The position numbers and the translations under genes were made by a program. This document shows, one piece after another, positions 10,254 to 21,240 of a DNA stretch of 28,011 nt. Origin of the DNA: Octopus sinensis (taxonomy: Eukaryota); NCBI RefSeq assembly GCF_006345805.1, contig NW_021833549.1, positions 1 through 28,011 of the forward strand. The letters run 5' to 3'. The first letter of the stretch is position 1, and each line of letters starts with the position of its first letter. Below the pieces are notes generated by a model that did not search any database, had not been told where the DNA came from, and saw only the letters and a program-made list of their open reading frames with translations.

Positions 10254-10721
10254 TTCTGAACAGCATTGTAAAACGCCTACTTGAGGCAACCTGAGTTCCG
10301 TGCCACCTAAATAATTTAATTAATAATAAATATTAATTTTATGAGGCTCGGGAAGATGGGAAGCTGCCAGACGGTGTTTCGCTCTTCCCGTACAAGTGCG
10401 GTAAAGCGATCGTTTGGGACGCGACATGCTTCGACACTTTTGCGTCATCATGTCTTCTTGATCCTCACTCAAAGCTGGAACAGGGTGATAAAAGCGTAGG
10501 CCCGAAAAACCGAAAAATACGGATCCCTCGCTGACAGATTCATTTTTGAACCAGTGTCAGTCGAAACGTCTGGTACTCTTGGACCATCAACTCTTAGTTT
10601 CCTTACCGAGAGAGGCCGCCACCTCGGAAGAATTAGAAACGACCTTGGCAAGCCACACCGAATCTTTGAGCGTATCTCAATAAGGAACAATGTCTCAATT
10701 CTCTCTGCGGGTAGTCTCTAA
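10254..10721 (+). mobile_element. CRE-like RLE 3' fragment (copy d) containing a 33-nt foreign insert
   Basis: LNSIVKRLLEAT*VPCHL[insert]EAREDGKLPDGVSLFPYKCGKAIVWDATCFDTFAS...KYGSLADRFIFEPVSVETSGTLGP...IFERIS..NNVSILSAGSL*. Confidence 0.9.
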
Positions 10722-10901
10722 TCGCTTTATATTTCGTTTATTTCAAATACTATTCTTGACTTAAATAATAACCATATTTCCATTAAAAAATAATTAGAGT
10801 TGTCAAATCAATTTAAACAAATACAAAGACATTAAAACCTATATAACCTTAACTAAGCAATCCGAATACAGACATAACAAGTAATAAAAACTAAACAAAA
10901 G

Positions 10902-12080
10902 TCATGAAGTAAATGCACACTATCTAATGAGAGAGCACACACTGTGCCCAATATTATGATTTAAAAGCTTTTCCACATTCTCAGCCAAATGCCGCTTGGG
11001 GTCCTGCCATCCACCACACTGCCAACCTGTCTCCCCACATTCCTAACAGACAACTGCTCCTTCGTCATCTTCTCCTCCTCTTCCAACGCCCAAATATACC
11101 CCCAATTATACTTTGTCATATTTTTTGAGCAGATCGTCTATTTTATTGAGTGTCCCTATATTCGTCTGAGCGGTGTGACTCGTAGTTCTGCAAAGACAGG
11201 CCTTCAATCCAACTCTTCTTGTGAAGGTTGAGTAACATCTGAATATACAAAAGGACCACCTTCTCATCCAGTTGAGTCTTTTTATATTTATTCCAATCGA
11301 GTAGTAATTCCGGTTTAGTCCGTGGATTAGTGCCTGGAATGAGAGAGACACTTCTACCTGCACTGATGGCTTCCGAAGGTGACCAATGTTGGAGGTAGTC
11401 TTCTTGGTTCATGACTTAAAAACTGCATGATTTGGACTTATAAGACGAAATGCATCAATAACCACCTAAATAATTTAATTAATAATAAATATTAATTTTA
11501 TAATAAATTATTTATATATATGTGTTCTTGTGGTGCTAACTTTTCCTTTAACACTTTGGATAGGATCAATCACCACAGCCACTGCCCTCTCCACTAGAGA
11601 TTCAAAGCTCTGTTGAGTGCTCATATCGACACCAGAAAGCCAGCATCCAAAACCAGGGTGAGAATGGTACCACCCAACCACAGTTTCAGGCCTACCAGTG
11701 ATCTTAAGCATATCAAGCATGCTGGCTTGAAAGGCTGGATCAACTGCCTCTACACTCACGCCCTTATATATATAGCCAACTCTAAACCGTCCCCGACTGA
11801 GGCATGGCAAAGACGTCCACAACGGTGACTGTGTAATCATCCACACAAACTCCCCCAGCATTAGGCCATGACTTCCATGGGGACACCCGCCCGGCCGTGT
11901 TTTAGCATCTTTATATGAGAATTGAGGGTACTTTAAGAAGGGCAAGGGAGGAGATGTAGACTTGTTCGGATGTGTCCATCATGGGTACGTCGGTGTTTGC
12001 AGGTTGTTGCCCCTTTTGATGTGTTAAATTATGTGAACCTGTCCTAGTGAAGATAAGTCCATTCTCATAAATCTGTCCAT
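10902..12080 (-). CDS. PSMD14: 26S proteasome deubiquitinase Rpn11 (JAMM/MPN+), 9 exons; frameshifts probably sequencing errors
   Basis: MDRFMR...[15 protein letters not shown]|[21 protein letters not shown]..|[37 protein letters not shown]|VVIDAFRLI..|[13 protein letters not shown]..|[10 protein letters not shown]..|DPKRHL. Introns 26,23,25,75,24,21,22,23 nt. Stop position approximate. Confidence 0.97.
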
Positions 12081-12411
12081 TATTGATGTGACCACAACAA
12101 CTAATGATGATTAAAAAGGTTAATTAATAATTTAAATTTTATATTAAATAATTATAAAATTATTTATTTTTTAATAAAAAGAATTGAGAAAATTTTTTAT
12201 TAGGTAATTATTTATAGGCAACAAAACTAAGACGAATTTTGGCTACAAAGTTTGTCATAAACATAAAGATTTCTACTTAGTTTATTCGCTTATTCAAAAA
12301 ATTAATTTACTAATATTTTATATTTATAAAATATATTGATATATTTTTTTTACTTTTATAATTAAATTGTTATTTGAATTTTTATCACGTTTATTTCTTG
12401 GGAGTTTAAAG
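12081..12411. promoter_or_regulatory. Probable bidirectional promoter between PSMD14 and DDX55
   Basis: The two ATGs diverge across a 331-bp extremely AT-rich spacer; inferred from gene layout only. Confidence 0.6.
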
Positions 12412-14550
12412 ATGATTGAAAATCAATTACAAAAAATAAAAATTAATCTCAACGAAAAAATAAAAGAAGCAATAAAAGAATTAAAATTCACTAAACTAAC
12501 ACCAATTCAAGTATATATTAACATTATATAACTATAGTAAAAACAATTCCAAAATTTCTCCAAATTATGACGTGGCTGTAGAAGCTATAACAGGCAGTGG
12601 GAAAACCTTGTCCTACATAATCCCCATAGTACAACGCCTATCAAAAATAACCCAAAATTTCAACAAATATGACGTAACCCTCAAAAAACTAATTTAAAGA
12701 TCATTGCTTGATAATTGTGCCCACACGTGAGCTCTCAGTCCAAGTCTATGAGGTACTTCTTCACTTCCTTGCCTATTTCCCTCACTTATCACACTGTCAG
12801 CTTGGGGAGGACAGTCAGTGGCAGACTCAGTCAAGAATTTTGTCTCAAATGGGTGTTTTATAGGGGTATATATTAGTGGGAATGTCACTGTGTGTACTCC
12901 TGGGAGAGCTGAGGCCTTTCTAAAGCAGAGACATGAGGGCTTTGACTTGGCATCCTCCTTAGAACGGCTTGTATTGCTTATTGGTTACTCATTGTAGGAA
13001 GTTCTGGTGATAGATGAGGCTGATAGGCTGTTAGCTGATGGTTACCGTAGAAAGTATGTTTGGTGAATATATTTCTTAGTATTGAAACTATTCTGCGATA
13101 TTTGCCTAAGCAGAGGAGGACTGGGATCTTTTCTGCAACTTTGAATGCAGAGATTACAAGTCTGATGCAGTTTGGGATGAGAAATCCTCGGTTAATCTCG
13201 TTAAAGTCAGAAGAAGAAATATCTACACCACCAGAATTATTTAATTTTGTTAAAGTTTGCCTCCCTTGTTAATTTTATTAGTTTTTGTCACCCATTGAAA
13301 AAATTAATTTTATATTTAATTTTTTAAATAAATATAAAGAAGAAAAAATTATTATTTTTTTCTGCACTTGTGCTTCAACCTCTTATTATTATAGCGTAAT
13401 TAAAAGGTATTTTATGTATATTAAAGCACATAGGAATTTTCCAGAACTTTCTCTTTTCTGTCTTCACAGAAAACAAAAAGGCAAAAGAGATATTATCTAT
13501 TCTAAATTTAGAGAATCAAAATGGTAATTAATTATTTTAAATAATAATAAATTTGGTGGGAATTAAATTATTTTAGTGCTGTCTTGTTATGTACTGATAT
13601 AGTATCACGTGGTATAGATGTGCCCCAAGTGGAGTGGGTAATTCAATTTGATCCCCCTAAAATGGCGAGGTTGTATATTTTAGTACATATTAGTTCATTT
13701 TACATCGTTGTGGACGTACTGCTCGAATGGGACGTACAGGTAGAGCTTGCTACTGCTTAATCAACATGAGGATGTTTATGTAGATTTTTTAAAGTTGAAT
13801 CAAAAGGTTAGTTTTATTATTAATTAAATATAATTAATTAAATACATTTTGGAGGTTTATAATTATTCTGGTGGTACATTTAATGTAGGTATTCTTGGAA
13901 GAGTTTTGTGAAGATTTGAAGACGTGAGACGTGTCTATATCCGCTATTAAGAAGCTTATCTGAGACTGAAGAGATTTATGGAATCAGGAGTGTTGGCATT
14001 TGTATCATATATCAAAGCCTACTTAAAACATCCCCTTAAAGTCATTTTCAACCTATCAAGTAAGTTGTGATATATTTATCCAGAACTCCCCGTTTCCTCC
14101 TTAGCTGAGTCATTTGGGCTGTTAAGAATTCCCAAAATGGTGGAAATCCGTACAAATGACACAACCCTATTTGTTCCATCCTCTGTTGATGTAGATTCAG
14201 TGCCATATCGGTAATCTGGTAGTGTTGATTGTAGTGACTGTGTCCGAGAAGAGAGAAGGAAGAAGATGGCTGTGGACAATTTTGCCAAGAAGGAGTCGAA
14301 GAAAAGATTGAATGCCAAATATGCTAAGAAAGTTATATTTCAGGTGAGTAGTGGTAGAGGGAGAGGATGAAGGGCCAAGAAAGAGAGTTTGTAATGACTA
14401 TAAACTTATGGAATTGAACCATGAGGATTTGGAGGAGATTGAGAGTGATGCCCATCTTTTAAAAAAGTTTAAAAATGGGAAGGTTCTTTGTTTCATTTAA
14501 TGTCTTAGATTGGAAAACACGCATTTGAGACACGTTTTATTCAACAATGA
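12412..14550 (+). CDS. DDX55: DEAD-box RNA helicase DDX55/Spb4, about 15 exons; frameshifts probably sequencing errors
   Basis: LTPIQ|..YDVAVEAITGSGKT..IVPTREL..VCTPGR..VIDEADRLL..LPKQRRTGIFSAT..CTDIVSRGIDVPQVEWVIQFDPP..HRCGRTARMG..GVLAFVSYIKAY.KH..SFGLLRIPKMVE. The last two motifs are DDX55-specific. GT-AG introns mostly 24-27 nt. Confidence 0.92.
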
Positions 14551-15352
14551 TTTTTATATAAATTTTTGTATTTTAAAATGTTATTATTTAGAGCTGTGTT
14601 AGGTAGTTTAGTTTGTGTAGATTTTTTTTAGTTTTTGTAGACTTTGTTGTCTGTGTAGACTAGATTAAACTGCTTTCAGAGATAAGCAGCTTAAATTACT
14701 TTTTGAGGTGATAATTACTCTCATTTGAGACTAATTTCAGACAAAGAAAGGAGTTTGTTATAGTGTTTGTCTTGATTTTCCGATACGATGTGATTTAATC
14801 TTATAGGCTTCCATTCCAGCTGGCCTTTATTGCTTTTTTTATCCCTACAAAAAACCTTGAAGAAGTTCTCCTTCAAACTTATTTTGAAGACGATGGTAAT
14901 ATTTTGTTTGTTTGAACGCATTTGCACCGAAATAAACACGATTTTATACTCAGTTAGTGCCCGTCAGTCGAGTTCATGAAGATCAATAAGATTTTTTTAT
15001 TGTATGGCGTTATTTCTTTGTGGGGACGCTCGATCAGACACTATCCCATATAAAAAATCTCCTTGCTTAAATTGTTATCCGAGACTATCAAAAGAAAAAA
15101 ACAAGACTATTTAATTGATGATTTCCTGTGTAATGATTTCTACATATAATTTGTTCATTATCAAAAAATCGGTATCATTGTCACCTAGAAAAGTAAAATG
15201 AAAGTTAAGGTACGTTTTATTCAGCAATAATTTTGATATAATTTATTTATTTGTTCTTACAAAAAACAAATTGATATTATCAAATAAACTAAGTTCAAAA
15301 TTTTATCTTCTATTTGATTTATAGATTTTTTTCCAAAATTCTTTAAAAAATA

Positions 15353-17534
15353 CAGTAAACCTTCTCCATAGTGAACCCTCTTTATAGTGAACAGGCCATA
15401 TTAATGCAATCTACAATAACAAATAATAGTAATTCTCATTTATATATTTATTATAAAATGAATACCACGTTTAAAAATGTATAATATCATTTATTTAAAT
15501 ATTTTTGTGTTCACTATTAAAGAATAGTGAACGTCAAATTTTTGTGAACATAAAAATATTAAATTTAATATTTTTACATATATATTTAAAATTCTTTAAA
15601 ATGAACACGCTCTACAGTTGTTAGCATGGTGGAAAATCGATAACGCCTGTCATTTTTTCAACAGAAGGAAATAATCGAATTTTATCATAAAAATAGACAT
15701 TACACACAGCGCGATTTATCCCTTTATTTCAATGTTTCTCTGGGCTGCATAAACAAAATTTTGAAAAATTCTGAAGGAATACTTAATGTTCAAGATGACC
15801 AAAAAAAGAAGAAAATTTACTTGCCCAAGTCTCAACCATTCGACATAGATCTATTTAATGGTTCGTTAAAAAACGATCATTTGGATTTACAATCAATGAA
15901 TATCTTTTGAAGTCCATGTCTCTAAAAATGGCGAAAGTTTGTAATATTCAAGGATTTCAAGCATCAAATGGATGACTTGAGAAATTTAAAAATCGATATT
16001 GCATTGCTTCCCGTGCTTTGTGGGGAAAATCAATTTGTTGAAACCTCTGCGATTGAAAATTTTACAGAAAGCCTCAATAGAAAATTAGAACAATATTGTT
16101 CAAAAAATATTTTTAATTTGGACGAAACTGGATTGTTTTTAAACTTTTGTCGAACAGAACATTAGCTGTTGACTCGGACAAAAATTGTCTAATAAACCGA
16201 TAAAAGAAAGAGTAACTGTTATGTTTTGCGTTAGTATGATGGGAGAAAAACTTGACCCATTTGTTATTGGAAAAGCCAAAAATCCACGCTGCTTTAAAGG
16301 AAGAAGAAATTTAATTAATAATTTACAAGTGGAATACAAATCAAATAAAAAAGCATGGATGACATATGGTTATTTCTCAGAATGGCTCATAGAATTGAAC
16401 AAAAAAATGATTTTGCAAAAAAGAAAAATTCTAATTCTACTTGATAATGCGACTGTACACTCACGTGATTTAGAGTTCAGTAACATCGAACTCTTTTTTT
16501 CCCTCGGGATTCTACCTGTTCGGACACGTTCTCGCTTGGAAATCTCGCTCTGTCCGCCGCCAATCCTGGGGACGCTTCGAGTCAGGCCGAGGACCAAAAG
16601 ATTCTCAAGTACGGCCATCTTTCCAACTCGCTGTTCTTTACTCCAATTGCCGTGGAGTCCTCCGGGATTTTCGGCCCCAAGACACTCCGCTTCCTTCGCT
16701 CGCTCGGCCGACGGATTTCAAGGACAAGCCACGATCCAAGAGAGTATTCTTGGCTCCTGGAACGTCTGTCGATTGCTGTGATCCGAGGGAACGGCTTCGC
16801 CATTCGCGAGGCTGCCGGGTGTCTCGTGAGGCCGGTAGTTAGCTTAGCTATCTTTTCACGTCCTTATTGTTTTGTTTAAATTAATTAATTATAAATACAA
16901 CATCGAAGTTACAACCCCTTGATCAAGGAATAATAAAATCATTCAAAGACAGGTATAGACAACTCCTATGTGCACACTTGATTGAATTTTATACTAATGA
17001 TGACAATGTAGATCACGAAAAAGTTACGGAAAAGTTGAAGAAATTCACTCTATTGAATTGCTTGATATTCATAAATCAAGCTTGGTTAGAAGTGTCGGAA
17101 TTAACAATTACAAATTGTTTCAAGAAAGCATTTGAAAATGCGTTAATACAGAACCTGACAAAAATAGAAGAAATAGATGAGGAAAATTTTTTGATTCATG
17201 AAAATGATCAAATTGACGACGAAAACTTTATACAAAACTTTGCGAGAAAACTAAAACACAAGACCAAGTTGAAGAGGAAGATGAAAAAATTTATGTTCCG
17301 ACACTATATGAAGCTAGTGAATATGCGAAGGCGCTTGAATTATGGTTTCTTGAGAATGATTATGAACAAAGAAGAAAAGTATACGAAATACAAAAATTTT
17401 AAGAATTATCAACTAATCATTCTCAAAAAATCACCGATTACATGATTAAAATCACTAAATAATCTTTGTAATTATACTTTAATATTGTTTATTGCTATTT
17501 TGATTCCTTTTGTTCACTATAGACAATAGTGAAC
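15353..17534 (+). mobile_element. Nearly full-length pogo/Tigger DNA transposon (CENP-B HTH plus DDE_1), right TIR lost, interrupted by a CRE insertion
   Basis: TA|CAGTAAACCTTCTCCATAGTGAAC left end with GTGAAC/GTTCACTAT subterminal repeats. FQASNG*LEKFKNR, IFNLDETGLF, KERVTVMFC, VIGKAKNPRCFK, KAWMT, LLDNATVH, TSKLQPLDQGIIKSFK, AWLEV..TITNCFKKA. Confidence 0.93.
16503..16892 (+). mobile_element. 5'-truncated CRE-like insertion (copy e) inside the pogo transposase
   Basis: DSTCSDTF...KILKYGHL..FTPIAVESSGIFGP..DPREYSWLLERLSIAVIRGN plus AT tail; splits NIELFF|PNTTSKLQPLD. Confidence 0.92.
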
Positions 17535-17544
17535 ATGATGTCTT

Positions 17545-17980
17545 GACGTGGACATTTTGTTCATTATAGAGAGGGTGAATTTTATTGCTGCGAAGATTGA
17601 CATCCCAACCAATATTTATTTAATTGACTGCATTTGTGTTGAGACGTGTGATGCAAGTTCAATTTGTCAAACAATTGATGATTGCTTACGAAATTACCAA
17701 GTTGAGAGAAAAAACTTTGTTTTGTTGTTAACTGATGCTATACCGTATATGATGTCAGCCGCAACTAGCATACGTATATTTTATCCGAATATGATTCACC
17801 TTACTTGTTTCGCTCATTTACTTCATAATTGTGCACTAAAAGTGCGTTCTCACTATCAAACATCGATTTCTTAATATCATCGATGAAAATTGTGGACTCT
17901 TAAAAATAAATCGTCAAAAGCTTTTCGGAATTTGGTCTACCTCCAGATGTTACCTCCATGGAAAGGGGAATTTGGTTACA
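17545..17980 (+). mobile_element. hAT-like transposase internal fragment (DUF659/CGGBP-type)
   Basis: ICQTIDDCL..FVLLLTDAIPYMMSAA..FYPNMIHLTCFAHLLHNCALKVR (first catalytic D and CxxH motif). Confidence 0.82.
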
Positions 17981-17984
17981 GTAA

Positions 17985-18300
17985 ATGAAAAAATAAATTC
18001 TGCTGTATATATCAACATTTTAAGAATAATTTGTGGAAATCGGCAGATAAAATTGGGCTAAATCGTTTTATTTGCCAACAAGATTTGGACCCCTGTCATA
18101 ATTCACGGAGAACAAAACAATTTTTGGATGATAAAAAAATTGAATTATTAAATTGGGCACCACAATCACCAGATTTGAACCCAATTGAACATGTCTGCAT
18201 AGTAAAAAGGATTTATGCGAAAATATCATAAAAATTTGGGACTAAATACCAACGGAATTTGTGAGAAAATTAACTGAAAGCATGCCAAGAAGAAGCATTG
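17985..18300 (+). mobile_element. Tc1 (DD34E) transposase internal fragment
   Basis: NLWKSADKIGLNRFICQQDLDPCHNSRRTKQFL..LNWAPQSPDLNPIEH. Confidence 0.9.
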
Positions 18301-18369
18301 AGCTTTATAAGGCACACGGAGGACACATTAATTATTAATCATTTGACCTGTATAAAGAAGATCAATTTT

Positions 18370-18767
18370 GTAAAAGCCTTCCTTTGGAACTGTGGGAGAA
18401 CTTATCCGCCAGGGGTAGAGACCCTTTACAAGCAGTATATCGAGCCAACAATAGGCTATGCATGTGCTGCTTGGGGCTGTAACCTGGCGGCAAAAATCGA
18501 AAAAATTCAAGAAAGATCTATCAACCTACTGAAGAACCACACCGATAGGGAAATTGTCCATAGAACACTGGAGTCTCTCGTAGAGGCAAATGGGGGGATC
18601 GTGGAAATGGACCACAAACCATTCACCGTACATACAGAAAGTGTGTGTGGTCACGGTCGGAACATCGTGAAAAGATGGCTCGACTGTTGAGAAGTGTCGG
18701 AATCACCTGAACGTGTTAGTTAATGGTTAAGACGGTGATTTTGTTTGGCTTAAATAATAATAATAAT
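18370..18767 (+). mobile_element. APE-type LINE 3' end with (TAA)n tail
   Basis: LYKQYIEPTIGYACAAW..KIEKIQERSINL post-RT motif; ends in taataataataat. Confidence 0.72.
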
Positions 18768-18989
18768 CCGGTTTTTTTACACAGAAAAAATTTAATATAG
18801 TCAGTTTAGCTGTACAAAAAGATTATTGAAAAATTATAAAAAGAAAAGTTACGAAAATTATCATTATAAATTAAAAAAAATCTAAAATTAAAAACAGAAT
18901 ATCAAAAAAACTAAGCATTCGAAAATCCGGTTTTTTATTACATGGAGTGTGATTCGCCTTTTGTGGGGGCGCAAAAATCCAGTTATTGG

Positions 18990-19140
18990 ATTAATGAAAA
19001 AAGAATCATTCGCTCATCCCCCCGCGACTATCGTCAGTCCGGGGCGGCCTTCTCTGTCGACCTCACTTTCCCGTTTTGCCCTTCTCACTATCTGTGGGGA
19101 TCTGGAATCTAATCCCGGGCCAAAGAGACGTATATCAATT
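18990..19140 (+). mobile_element. Probable LINE ORF N-terminal fragment with 2A-like motif
   Basis: SLSRFALLTICGDLESNPGP, with DLESNPGP at 19099-19122. Confidence 0.55.
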
Positions 19141-20556
19141 CTCCAACTAATTCTCCAGCTCCACCCTTATCTCACTGCAATGGAGAAGGGGATAATTATG
19201 AAGAAGATTGCTTTGGTACCCTCGCGTGCCAACACACTGGCCGAGGTAATAAAGACGATGAGAACCGTTGAGCATCCGCAAATTCAGATGTGCGGCCAGG
19301 TCCCTTTACAATCAATCGATGAATACAATTTCATACAGTAAAATATAAAAAAAATATAGAAATCGTCGAGAATAGGGTTTTGTAGAAAAGTTAAAAATAT
19401 GTATTGAATAGTTAAAATGTAAAAAAGATTAAATTATTGCAAAAATAAGACCAATACAATTACAAAATATCAAATATTATAAGAAATTCTGTAAGCCAAC
19501 AATATATTTAATCAATTTTAATACAAAATTAACCATTAATACAAGAAAATAAATTAAAAAATAAAACAATAAGCAAAACAAAACAAAATATAAACAATAA
19601 CGTGCGAATATTTTATTATAATAAATTAAAATTTTTTTCTTGACTTTATTTAATAATCATATAACTATCAAAATATATCAAATAATCATATAACTCGGAC
19701 CACAAGGGTATTTTCAAATTTTGAGGATTGTTGGAATCACCTAATATTATCCTAATTAACTGTTGGTGATTCTTAGGTTAAATAAATAAAAAAATAAAAT
19801 AAAACTAACTAGGATTGACGAGTGATGCCGTCATCAGTGATACAACTGCGGAACCAAATGTCTACTTCAGCCACACTCGAAAAGAAAAAATAGATGTAGC
19901 AGAGACACATGTCTTCGTTCGGGTCGTCTTCCTTTGGATTAGTTAGTTTCCTAATAACATGTTCTCTCTCTGTTTTGATCTTATGTGGCTGTTAACATTC
20001 CGTTCTCATCTTGCGGCAGGGGTTGTTGTTGTTAACTATCAAAGAAATAATGGCTTACGAAACGAAGTTTAGTAACTTGATACTAACTTGATAGTAATTT
20101 GTTTGCACTATAGAGTAATTGCCAGAAAAAAATTGTTGAAAATTTGGCTTCTCAGTGTGATAAACATTTTAATCAGCAATTATCTCAGGAGACACAATAA
20201 AGTTGTTTCCAAACGCTGTATTTTTTGATGTTTGTTCTTTCAGACCGTTTGTTGAAGTTTTGCTTTCAATTTATTTCTTTTATAATTTATTAATTATAAA
20301 AATCAGAAGTCTTAGAAAATTTTATTCTACTATTTCATGATGAGATATTCAAATAGAATGCTTTCCGTAACTAGTTTATTTTGTTTAAAGTAAAGACTGT
20401 CTAACTACAGCAAAGGCACGCTAGCATGTGATTACGTACTACCAAACCGAGATCAATTACGAGTTTTATTAAAACGATCTAAATATAATTATATAATAGA
20501 GTTGATAACATTACTTGCGGGGGGCCCTTTGTTACTAGTCTCGAGCAGGTTAAATG

Positions 20557-20628
20557 TCCCCGATAGTATAATGGTTAGTATGCCGCGTTGTCATCGCGGT
20601 GGCCCGGGTTCGATTCCCGGTCGGGGAG
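20557..20628 (+). tRNA. tRNA-Asp (GTC), intronless
   Basis: Acceptor TCCCCGA/TCGGGGA; anticodon arm CCGCG-TTGTCAT-CGCGG; T arm CCGGG-TTCGATT-CCCGG. Confidence 0.96.
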
Positions 20629-20634
20629 TTTTTT
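20629..20634 (+). terminator. Pol III oligo-T terminator of tRNA-Asp
   Basis: TTTTTT directly after the discriminator base. Confidence 0.8.
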
Positions 20635-20906
20635 GCAACCCTTATTTTAAATTCGCAGATTTTTTAAAAGGCAGAGTTTTACATTGCCTAAATTTCATTA
20701 TATGTGTTATTAATATCTAAATCTGATTTGAACTTAAAGATATATTCAAGGATTTTGTACAGCTGAGTCTATTCGCGAGGTGCAAGCTCCGCAAATTGAT
20801 TGGCAGCATAGGTGTACTCTTCTTTGTCAGCCTACACTCTTTGTCTGTATCTCGAAAGATAAATTTTTAAAAAAAAAGTATTAAAATCACAAACGTAATT
20901 ATTATC

Positions 20907-21240
20907 GATTCATTCCCTTCATCGCCTATCATGTCATCTGCCACATCCCCCGGGTCTGCTGCGGAAAAAGCTGAAACGGCTAAAATAAAAAAATAAAAAG
21001 AACTCGGACGCCTTTCGAGACATCGGGCATCGCCGGGCCTCTAACCTCGGCTTTTATCAGCGACATTGGAAGAAAATTGGCCCATAGGACGAAAGAGCCA
21101 CTCGAGGTTTTGTGGCTATTGCAGAGGATATCCATCGCCATATTCCGTGGAAACACGCACGCGGTACTTACCGCAGGAGGGCGCGTGCTTTAGCCCCTCG
21201 GAGATTCCCTTTTGTTCATTCCTAACTTACTTTTTATATA
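20907..21240 (+). mobile_element. CRE-like RLE 3' end (copy f), same subfamily as copy c
   Basis: DSFPSS..SATSPGSAAEKAETAKIKK*..ETSGIAGPLTSAFISDIGRKLAHRTKEPLEVLWLLQRISIAIFRGNTHAVLTAGGRVL*. Confidence 0.88.

Noticed and set aside
11613-11828. Many listed ORFs (e.g. 1996-2208, 3066-3371, 11613-11828, 14076-14318, 16370-16618, 22675-22920) as genes
   Set aside because: They are antisense or off-frame shadows of the genes and TE fragments described.
14721-14939. 72-aa minus-strand ORF downstream of DDX55 as a gene
   Set aside because: No recognisable motif and no convincing exon chain.
15970-15975. TGA at the conserved Trp of pogo SNGWL and TAG at a Trp position in UBTF, suggesting a variant code or A-to-I editing
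   Set aside because: All conserved Trp codons in PSMD14 and DDX55 and the others in pogo are TGG, and DDX55 ends in TGA; these are isolated changes or errors.
18950-19080. HDV-like ribozyme upstream of the 2A motif
   Set aside because: Only a small hairpin (aatcca/tggatt) is visible; I could not build the P1/P1.1/P2/P3 double pseudoknot.
19350-19640. Third copy of the A-rich 880-1190 repeat
   Set aside because: Only aataacgtgc and general A-richness match; not distinguishable from low complexity by eye.
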